DNA of 63,405 bases, filler included, from Choristocarpus tenellus KU-1152 (taxonomy: Eukaryota > Protista > Phaeophyceae), in the NCBI GenBank assembly GCA_964200185.2. It is 8 parts of 8 records of this genome, joined end to end, with 100 filler letters (N's around TTAATTAATTAA, not from the genome) between each part and the next. Parts side by side here need not be neighbours in the genome. Positions count along the whole stretch, not along the records: positions 5,264 to 20,259 come from CAXNAD020001080.1; positions 20,360 to 25,366 come from CAXNAD020012193.1; 6 more parts are not named here. One strand, written 5' to 3'. Below are positions 12,234 to 22,680 of the stretch, in pieces; the first letter of the stretch is position 1, and each line of letters opens with the position of its first letter. The notes beneath the pieces are model-generated. The model was not told the DNA's origin. It worked only from the letters and a program-made list of their open reading frames with translations, and ran no database searches. A program made the position numbers and the translations under genes.

Positions 12234-14393
12234 TCACACAGGGGGTTGAACATCCACATGGCAACAGTTTCTTTGCTGGCTGGCAATGCTCTGCTTAAAT
12301 ACAAGGGATATCCTGGGGCCAACCTCCCCCTTGGCCACCTTGATGCAATGTTGGTAATTCTCCTGACACCCCTTGCCCATCACCACCGCATCACCACTAA
12401 AAACAAAGAATTCATGTCGCCTGTCATGATTCTTGGTCTCCCTCAAGGCGAACTGCCTAGTATCACCCACAGATACCACACATGTATCATCAGTCCACAG
12501 TGTTCCAACATCGGGATCAGAGTGGTATCGCATAGCACTTGACCTGATCAAACATACACGCGCGCGCGCGCGCGCACACACAGAAAACAAAGTTTTGAGA
12601 TATTATGCATGTAAGAAGGATGTGTGGCAGCACTAGTAGGGTTGAAGGCAAGGTTTCGATCACAATTAGGAAGTACAAGGCTATGGTGCACAGTACATTT
12701 ACTCAAATATATCAACAAGTAACAAAACAAGACTATGTCGGGTGTTACATATAGAGTGCACAATTGCATGGACACCTTTTTAGGATCTTTACAAGGGGCA
12801 TATCTTTGCGAGGCAAGTTCCGCCGGAACCGATAAAGTTCATACAACACAAGCAATGAATTGCAACTAATTGGTGGAGAAAAAAACAGGACCATTGCATT
12901 GATTGCATAAAGGAGTAGAGGATTAATTGTGGCAGAGACTGCAGGTAGTAAAAGTTTGCCTACTCTCATCCCTTCTTCTACCATGCCCTTTGACTCTCCA
13001 CCAGATCAGGGTGTTTGAGTAGTCTTTGCTTGTCATCTTGTCATTTTGTACCAGTGAAATGGAAGGATGCAAGATGGAGTGGGAAAGCACCTTGGAAGGG
13101 AGAGGGCGTTGGGGACAAAGGTTGGTGAAGGAGGGGAGGAGGAGAGAAAAGATACAGACTTGCCTTGTCTCATACAAATTCAGGAGGACGCCATCGTATA
13201 AGACCCCTGTACGCTCATGGATTGCATCACGCAGGCGCAATACGTTTGGGGTAAATGGTGAGGGTGGCATGACCTTTCCGCTATAAGAGAACTCCAGGCC
13301 ACCACTGCTCTGCCATGCTGTTAGTCGAGATTCGGAGAGGACCTTTCCATCCCCAAGTTGAATCTCATCCCGCTTAAACGGCACCTCAATCTTGAAGTCA
13401 TCCACCGTAAGACCTTGAAATAGAGAGGGCACTGTCCGAAATGGTAAGCAAGCAACACTATCCCTCAACAAAGCTCCTGCCTGTCCCTTGATCCCCAAAC
13501 GATCCAATGCCCAAACTACAGTTGTTGTATGGTGTGGACGAAGCTCTGCAGCCCCTTCCTCAGCAATATCCACAATTCCTTTCAGCCACAAGTAGTCTGG
13601 GCACCAGCCAAGGAGACCACAAGCCCATATCACGTCTGCAGCTTGACATGCATCACCCGGACGTCCTTTTGTACATACAGGCATAATAGGCAAACGCGAG
13701 ATGAACAAGGTTGTTGGAAGTGCAGTAGCCTTTAGTAGAATGAACAGTTCGAATCAATTGTTGTAGATAGACGCGCCACACAACACACTACTCACCATCA
13801 TAAGTGGATGAGATCATGAACAGGGTTTTTAGCCTTGGATCTTTTAGGAGCTCCTCTCGAAGGCTTAAATTGTTGATCTCTGTCAACGGCTGGATAGAGG
13901 GTACGAATGAGTCACACACAACTACTTCAGCTGCATGCATGAACTCGGAGGATCAGCTTGACTGACCTTCCCGAGCACAGGGCCTACAAGCTTCACTTCA
14001 GCGGTATATAAGATCAAAAGGGGTGTCCATATCGTACATTCTAACCTTTGCTATGCGCAAAAGAGCTTGTGCCAAGTGACTGCGTCGAAGGGTTGCTCTG
14101 TGCTCATGAGCCACTCGCAGTATGTCCCCTGGATTGCTAGAATGTTGAAGTTGCAGCACCGGATCTCCTGCTACGCCCTTTCCAGATCTCGCTATCACTT
14201 CTACATGCATTCCCGAAGCCCTAGCACGCCGCCGAGGTCTTCCATTCATGGTCACAACATCGTCTGGAAGTCGGACTGGTGCTTGTCTGAATGTCGTCAG
14301 AGAATGATGAATGGGAGAAAAGGCGTGAACCCTAAGTCCCCCATTCCATGCATTGGCTATCACAAGAGCCACTAGGGCAACATGGCTTTCCAT
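12234..14393 (-). CDS. AlkB-family 2OG-Fe(II) dioxygenase (ALKBH2/3-like domain) with N-terminal helical repeats and a bipartite presequence, ~417 aa; exons 14393-14046, 13889-13796, 13665-13164, 12543-12234
   Basis: Motifs ESRLTAWQ, FSYSGKVM, LLNLY-x9-HSD, VSVGDTRQF, GDAVVM..CQENYQHCI and PRISLVFK. The N-terminus is MESHVALVALVIANAW...VHA/FSP. Intron 3 is GC-AG. Confidence 0.85.
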
Positions 14394-14549
14394 TTTAAGC
14401 TCACTGGGCTTCAAACGAGTATGTTCACTGTAAGTTTACTTAGTATCAATGTTGGAGCGGGTCTCGTATTGGATGCTAAGCATTCTTATGTGAGATGGAA
14501 ACAACGTTTCACGAATTTCGATATCAAATTTTATACGACAAAGAGTGGG
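14394..14549. promoter_or_regulatory. Putative bidirectional promoter between divergent AlkB and GT41 genes
   Basis: Only 156 bp separate the two predicted ATGs. Confidence 0.5.
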
Positions 14550-17500
14550 ATGTGTTTCTTACCCCTCCTACTGGCGGCAGCTCTGGGAGCCACTTCTATA
14601 GGAGGAAGATCTGCACCTATTATTGGATACAAGATATCTGGGTCTAAGGCAGAAGCGGCAGATGGGATGTGCGTGCAGCAGGCGATCGATCATTGCATGA
14701 CTGGAACCAACTTTTGTACGATGCGTTGTTTACCCCTCATCCAAGATTCGGCAATCATTTGAGGTGTGACTTCATTACAGTAAGTGAGAATATTTTAATT
14801 TATAAGCAGATAAATATATTTTCTTGATCTCATGTTGCCAGCGAGTATAGAACCAAGTCTCCGTCATCACTCGGACAATTTCACATCTCATCATGTCGAA
14901 TTCATCCAACAAGGCAGGTACTCGCTTTTAGACCAACTGCACACCTCACACACTGACGTCTCTTGCAGGTACGTATGTCGCTCAAAAGGACAGTGTTTCC
15001 ACGTAAATAAACCGAATTATCACCTGCGAGAGGTCGTTATCAGTACGGAAGGAGGACAGGAGGAGGTGATCAAAGTCAATCGAAGAGGCTATGTTTTGCT
15101 TCGATCAATAGCGTAGTGGGAAGGTGAAAGCACTCAACTCCACATTCCCATGCATGATCCCTGAATTTTCAACATATTAACATGCTGCAGATCTGGCGAT
15201 CCGTCAATGAAGGAGAGCTCGAGCTGTACAGGCAGCAGGGTTTCAGCGATGCACTGATTTCCCCTAATTCATGCTGGACATGGGTTGGGATGGGAGATGG
15301 CGACACAGATGGCTGTTCACTTGAATTATTAGCAATTCCTGACGTGGGATGTAGTTCACACACGAACAGCTCTATTTCTACAGCAAAAGAGCTAGGCGTG
15401 GTCTACGCCTCAGCCCAAAGGTGACATACTTCAATCTTCAGTGACAAACTTCTTCCTGTTCAATATGGCTTTTGACACTCTCCTGACGTACATACACCTG
15501 GCTACTAACTTCTTTCTCCTCAGATACCGAGAAGCGGAGCAATGCCTAAGAATCGCTGCTAATTTTGTACAGCCTATGGACCCATTTCATTGCACCGTGA
15601 TGGGATTACTCTGCGCCCTGGAAATGAGAAGGCACAATTCTAGAGAGGGTGTGAATTGCTTTACAGAGTTGGCAGATGATAGTTCATGCCTGGCAAGAGA
15701 TAAGGCTGCGGCACACATAGCACTTGGATCTTTCTTCCTAGCAAACCAGTGGGATGTGCAAAAGGCACTGAATCACTTTGAAGAGGCGACAATGCTCTCA
15801 ACAGGGGCAGAGAGCTTCAAGTCAGAAGTTGGGAGAGGCAAAGAAGCACAATGGGGTCCTGTGTGGCTAACACGGGTATGCTGTCTACAATACATGCTGT
15901 TCTTCCCTCAACATCAAAATGGTAGTCACCTCATTCTCAACATGGCTATAGACTATTTTCATGATTTTACTCGACTGAGTTCGACATTTATTTATGCCCT
16001 CCTTGATAAGGTTCTGCTAGGGCAAGTTGCAACCGCAGCTGCTGGATTCATTGAATGTGCTGCCAGTAATGGAGAGCAGGAGGCATACATCCACCTAGTC
16101 ACCTGGACTCAGCGTCTTGGACAAGAGACCTCAAAGATTGGCATGCGAGAAGAAATTGAAGGGGCTCAAAGGTGCAGCCTCAGAGCAAGTTTTCAGTGTT
16201 CCCCCTATTTCACCACATTTAGTATCTGACCTTACCTAGCCACCGAAAGCAATATGAGATTATTAGGACCCCCCTCTCTTGCATTTGTTGTATTTGACCG
16301 AACCTTACTGTAGGAGGACATACTGCTCACCCATTTGTGCTCCCTTATTAGGCTCCTACTAAGTGTGGTCAAAGGTGACACATTTTCGATCGGAGAATTG
16401 CAAAGAGTTCTAGCCCGAGGTCTGATGCACAAGGGATCCCTGAAAGAGTCAGCTGTACATGTTCACTGCCTTTGGGAGGGAACATCGATAACCCGTGCCA
16501 CGGCAACCTCCCTTCGTGTGGAGCTAGCCCTGCTCTTGAAAGCCCCGGTAGTGATTGACAGTGCCGCAGAAATTGGTCTTCTCCAGGAAGAGCTTGTGAC
16601 CACCCTCGAACTGTACAAAGACATCCCGACATTGATCTCAAGCCCTCTGGATGTGGGTGTCCGGGGTCAGTTCTTGCTTGCATATCAGGTAAATGGCGAG
16701 CAACTAGGTACAAGGTGTAGTTGTTACAAGTGGTATTTTAGGTAGTACTTTAGAGGTGAGAGCGGACTGCAGGGTACCTTACAACGTGCAACTTGCTGCT
16801 TGGAGCACTCCTTCTCTGACAAGTGCCCCATGTTCTGATAAGCCCCGATGCTTCTTGGCGCAGGAAATCAAAGTAGTGTTCCAAGCAAGAGATTGTCCGT
16901 TTCCTTCCTTGACACAAGCACTTTTCATTCAAAACTTTGTTTCTAACGAACCTTGTGGGGTTCAAAAACAGTGACAATCTCTTTTGTTGCCCTTCCTTCC
17001 GCTCCCACATACCCTGAGAACATTGCATTCCTAAGATTTCTACTTCTCCCAAGCTATGTACTAATTTTTTATTTGGTCCGTATCGCTCTCAACTTCTTTT
17101 TCAACTCTGGGAAACTCCGCCCAACATGACCAGGGACTCAACAATGTCAACACCATGACCACGATCACAAGACTGCTTCAAAACATTTCAGGTCACCTCC
17201 TTGGGTACCATGCTCCACACCTCCCTCCTCAGCACAGAAACTATTCCTCTGACCTCCGACCTGCTGAACTTGTAGAAAAAGAGGATGGCCCAGTTGATAT
17301 AGAGCTACAGAGGCAGTACACTACAAACACTGATGGGCCTGAAGATGATGCTACCCGTGATTCTGCTAAACTTATCTCTGTGGTTGAGACTGGGGAGGCT
17401 GAAAAGCCTACGAGATTGCAGATTGGCTTCCTTTCTGCATACTTCTCCTGGCATTCTGTTGGGCGACTATCAGTGGGTCTAGTTGAGCAGTTGTGTAAGA

Positions 17501-18903
17501 GGAACACATTTGATATCTTCATTATTCGTACAAGAGAGGGAAAGGCCGGGGATCCTGTGTGGGCAAGGATGGAAGCAATTGAGACAGCTTCGCATGTGCT
17601 GCTCCCACGAGACCTGAAGCAGGCGCAACAGGCCACAGCAGGGCTCAACTTGCATGCCCTTGTATTTTGCGATGTGGGCATGGATGGTTTCTCATCCTAC
17701 TTGGCACATGGCAGGTATTCCCCTATTCAGATAGCTTTCTGGGGGCACCCAAGTACCACTACGCTCCCTAGCATTGACTACTTTATCACTTCAGATCTCT
17801 TTGAGCCGCGAGGTTGGAGAGAGGGAGACCAGCAAGGGGATAGTAAGTGCAAACACAGGGAAGAGCATCCATATCTGGGGCAGCATATGGCCAAATGTGA
17901 TGGAGACAACAATAGGCAGGAACGTTTCACAGAGCAGTTGGTCCGGTTGGGAGGGATCACCACTGTTTTTGATGATCCCATGGAAATGTATCAGCTACCC
18001 CTTCCCTTAAGGATACGCCAATCAGACACCTGCGGAGCTGTGGGCGACACCTTATGCATTGAAGCGACTGACTTGCTGATGCGTACACCCCATCCACGGC
18101 TCTATGTGTGTGCCCAAAGCCTTGCGAAGATGCACCCAAAATTCGATGCTGTGTTGGCAGGGGTGCTTGTTGCAGACCCACTTGCGCACGTGGTCCTACT
18201 AAGAGACCCCGGGCAACTTCTTTGGCATTCCCGCTTCCAAAAGAGACTACAACAAGCAGTGCTGGAGGCAGAACAGGACATGCACAATGCAGGAACCCGC
18301 TCAGCAGCTAACCCTGTCAGCCCCAACAAAACCAATACCTCTGATCTAGGAGGTAGTTCCACCACAGCCAAGGAGGGTACCCCACCTGGTGGGATTCCTC
18401 TTCCCTTGCCCCTCTGGGACCGAGTACGGTTCGTGAGTCCCATGCCCTCAAAGGAGTTCTTCCGCTTGCAGTGCCAGGCAGCCGTCGTGCTGGACCCTTT
18501 CCCCTTTGGCGGTGGAGTCACCATGCTGGAATCACTGGGCTGTGGGACCCCTGTTGTTACAGCTCCATCCCTTCAGAGTGTGCATCAACTTGCTGCAGGT
18601 ATGTTAGCAATCATTGCACAAAGGACAAAGGAAGTTGGGGAGCCTGGTCTGGGCATCCTTGGGAGCACTGCCCATGGAGAAGGGAGTCAATGGCACAGGC
18701 ACCCTTTACTGGAGGAAAGCCTGATAGCAACAACTGTACATGAGTACATAGAAAAGGCTGTAGCGGTTGCTCAACCAGGTATCTTTAGGGATCGGGTGCT
18801 GGATGTCCTTAGGCTCAATAGGGGGGCTTTGTTCACCGATGCAGGGGTGGTGGAAGACTGGGAGCACTTCTTGAAGAGGGCTGCAGCTTTCTACTCCCTC
18901 TAG
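14550..18903 (+). CDS. GT41 (SPINDLY/OGT/HMW1C-like) protein glycosyltransferase with signal peptide and TPR-like helices, ~1060 aa; exons ~14550-14668, 14746-14783, 14842-14917, 14969-15065, 15191-15420, 15524-15875, 16011-16171, 16352-16688, 17134-18903
   Basis: Motifs FLLAYQ|GLNN across a splice, IGFLSAYFSWHSVGRL, DVGMD, PIQIAFWGHPSTT.LPSIDYFITS, FTEQLVRL, QSLAKMHPKFD and LDPFPFGGGVTMLESL.CGTPVVT. The catalytic exons are secure; the first four short exons are less certain. Confidence 0.85.
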
Positions 18904-20259
18904 GCACAATGTATTAAGTAAAGACCAACAGTTAATCTACTCGACTTCAGAAGAGCTCTACCACTGTGTGTGTGGTACTACTGTCCATCCAGCAGGCCTG
19001 TGGAACATAGATCATCGAGCCACCTGACTCACCTGACCCATTACTGGTCTGTTGGGCTGATGGACAAGCCTGCGTATCATTTACTCTTCACTTACACTGC
19101 AAACCAAACTTCACATATTCATACACCTGCATCATGATGGTGAATGTAATATAAACTGTAGCTTATGTACAATATAGACATGATTCAGTATTCCAATGCA
19201 GTAGGTGTACCTGATCCTGTAAATAGTCTTCCCAAGTAACAATTGACACCCAGAACTGGAGGCTATCCAAGACACAAAGATAGTCCAGTGATAGCTCTCA
19301 TGAGCAAGCAACCTCTATGATAATTCCTCAAAACAAGGGAGGTTCTCATCCTCATTAAGAATAGGGATACTTCCATCCCTTCCCTGGTATGTCTCTCTCA
19401 TATGTACTCTCTATAAAAACCAAAATAAATAGTACCTTAGATCTAGTCTTGACCCAATAAAGCAGCAGCGAATCAATGTCCAATTAGAGACGTTTAGTCC
19501 CTAATAAAAAAGAAGAATAGCCAACTTTTGTCTCTAATTTTCTTACATATCTTCATATTTGTTTCCCTGTTAAGTGTTAGTTGATCTGCTCTACACCATG
19601 TCCACTCACCTTTGATTCATCAAGCAACCATTCAGCCGCATAAAACCACGCCACTGCTGCTTGGGCTGAACATACATCCAACAAACACTTGGCTACTGGT
19701 ACCATATCATACACCAGTACTTCTGAGCTCAAGAATAGGAACGTGCTACTACGACTGATTAGAAAAAGTCTGCTTGGACCCTACCAATAAATAAAGGATT
19801 ATTGTCCCAGGAATGGATTATCATATTACAAAAAAAAACATAAAAATACTGCAAAAATGTGGGTATGTGTGAAAAACTGGTCCTTGAGGGGGTATTGGGA
19901 AGGTTGCTAAGACCCCACCTGAGAGTACTTCCTTGTATCAACATAACATGAACATGTGGGAGGCAAAGGCCACTGTCTGCTCTTACTGCCTTGTATGCAA
20001 TCAAAGGGGTATAGTACAAAAATATGGACAAAAATCTCAACTCTCTTACCCTCCCAATACCACCCTGCCAAGCACAAGCAGGTGTATCTATACTGAACAA
20101 GGCCACTTTTGTCACCCCACTACTCTGATATTCTACAAGGTTTCATCTTGTGGAGAAGGGACATGAGTGTAGAAACAATCCTACACAGCAGCAGACCACC
20201 TTCGACCCACCCCCCCCCCCCCCCCCCCCCCCCCCACCCCCCCCCCCCCCCACCCCCCC

Positions 20260-20359
20260 NNNNNNNNNNNNNNNNNNNNNNNNNNNNNNNNNNNNNNNNN
20301 NNNTTAATTAATTAANNNNNNNNNNNNNNNNNNNNNNNNNNNNNNNNNNNNNNNNNNNN
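20260..20359. other. Artificial contig linker
   Basis: Same 100-nt spacer. Confidence 0.98.
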
Positions 20360-20739
20360 GTAGTCTGAATTTAACTACTCCTTTCCTACCATATCCTCCC
20401 GCTCCTCTCCCTCCTACTGTCATTTGGTTCTTTTGCACCTAGTAGCGGTACCGTTCCCACTGACCCCTAACCCCATTCCCTTTTTTTTATTTTTTGAAAA
20501 TTATTATGCCCTCTGACATTTGCAGACGTGTCAGGGGGGAAACAAATGAAAACTATATACATGTCAGTATAAGCCCTAAAGAAATAAAATATCATAAATG
20601 TAAAAACTCTAATCTATTTGTTACTTCACTATCAATATTGTACTACTGCCCTGCTGTAATAACACAAATATTGACACAACGGAAGCTTTGAAATGGTCTT
20701 GAGAAATATATTTTTTCCTACAGCAGCCAGATTCAGAAG

Positions 20740-21120
20740 TGGAATTCACTTGGCTCAAAAATATGCTCCCCTCATGGGGGATTGACCTCTGTAGCAGAGA
20801 AATATTGCCTTACTATGGAAGTAAGCGCCCTCACCAAGACGCAGGCAGCAGCACCAGGTGTATTTACAAGGTAGTCTGAGTAGCCCCAAACTGCTCCGTA
20901 ACACTATTGAAAACCCTCGATGCCCACCCACTAGTAAAACCTCAACCACGTGTCCATCAATCCCAGACATATTTTGTCAAGATTGCCAGAGAGAAAATAA
21001 AGATTCTGATCGTGAACACCCACTATATACATGTGGACCATGTTGCCCATGATTACCCAAGTTTGAGTGACCTAAGCAGGATTACCTGACTCATTATTAA
21101 TATATATATATATATACTCG
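20740..21120 (+). mobile_element. LINE 3' end remnant (CCHC knuckle followed by (TA)n)
   Basis: Reads TCPSIPDIFCQDCQRENKDSDREHPLYTC, followed by a (TA)n tract at ~21100. Confidence 0.5.
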
Positions 21121-21459
21121 CTCCCTTTTGCTCTTGTAGCTTCATATTATACCCAACTCCAACTCCAATCCATCCACCCTACCCTAAGAATTCTAGGTAA
21201 TCTATATTCCTGTGGTATACATCATCCTTATCTACATGTATTGCCCCCCCTCCCCAAGTGGCTTGCCCATTGCCTTAGCTTACTTTGCGGGTTTACAGCT
21301 GGGACAGCCCACCAACTTGGCATCTGCACCCCCCAACTACCCCCACCTCCTCCTTCCTCTCTCTCAGGATCGCTATTTCACAGATATATTCCTACATCAG
21401 ATGCAATTAACTCATCACACTCTCAGATTTTATACACCTGGTATAGGGAATGGGATTTT

Positions 21460-21860
21460 TTTTTTCAGTTCAGCACCTGCTTCATTTCACTTCGCAATTA
21501 GCAAATGACACCCATGATTTACTGTCAGTCAGCAAACTCACACTCCCTTCTACTTATAAGCTAGATTCTGGTTTTATTGGACTTGATGGTTTGCAAATGG
21601 CCCTCTTCTTTACTTGGCAGTCAGCACCTGGTACTCATGATCCTGTTTTGCAGTTGGCAAGTAGCACTCTTATACTTTCTTGGGAATTTAACCAATGGCA
21701 CATTTGATTCTGCTAGATAGTTAGCAGATGGTCCTCTTCACTAACTTGGCAGTTAGCAAATGGCACTCTCAACTTTAAGTAGTGAACAGCTTGCAACTAG
21801 CACTCTTGTTTTTTTAGCAGTCAGCATATTATGGTAGTTTTGTTTCTACTTGGCAGTATC
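21460..21860. repeat. Degenerate minisatellite, ~32-33-bp unit, ~12 copies
   Basis: Recurring TTGGCAGT(T/C)AGCAAATGGCACTCTT-like units without unique spacers. Confidence 0.6.
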
Positions 21861-22680
21861 CAGCCCCACCCCTCCCCATTACCTCACCGGCTGACTTTCC
21901 TTTTCAAGGTTGAGGTTAGTTGTGAGATTGGGGTTGAGAGGGGCTGTTGTGGTAGGGACCTCTTGCGGCAACACCCAGACCCTTGAAGAAAGAAAGCCTC
22001 GCATGGATACATGTGTACTCTCCGTACATACAGGGGAATAAGAGTGGCAACAGGTAGCTGATGCCTCTCACTTGAGAAAATACATGTGACACACCTGTTT
22101 TGATCAGTCATCAATAAACTGGTACATGGACACACAACAGTGAAAAGCAGGCAGTTGAGGTGTTAGAGGAATCACACCTGGTCTCTAAGCCACACCCCAT
22201 CCCATAGAGATTGTTAAGTATCCCTAACGAGTACCCATGCTGCAAGGTACGATGCCCCCCCCCAGACACTGCAGTGTAGTGTAATCAGTTGTTACTTAGC
22301 AATCGGATCTTTCGACCTCTGAGTTTGGAGCCACTCGTTAGGGGCGGGGACCTCAGTGCAACGCCCAGACTCTTAAAGAAAGAGTCTCTCATATAGATAC
22401 TTGTGAAAATACAAAACAGTAGAGCAATATGGTCATCAATATAGTCATTGCTTGACTTGTTTCGACCAATACCTTCTCCTTATCTCACAACTCATGCCCT
22501 AACCCTAATGAGGAAGCAAACAAGTCACAAATCCACAAATCCACTACAAAACCTTAGAAGCATTTTTTGAACTTTTGAACATGAAGTAATTGCCTTTTCA
22601 AACCAGGACGGAACACAAGGCAAGGCATCCAATCTGTGAACCTCTATACTATAGACCCAAAGAGCCTTTGGGTCAGTTAG

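Noticed and set aside
17241-18524. Antisense ORFs of 146 and 140 aa
   Set aside because: They are shadows of the long GT41 exon, with no motifs.
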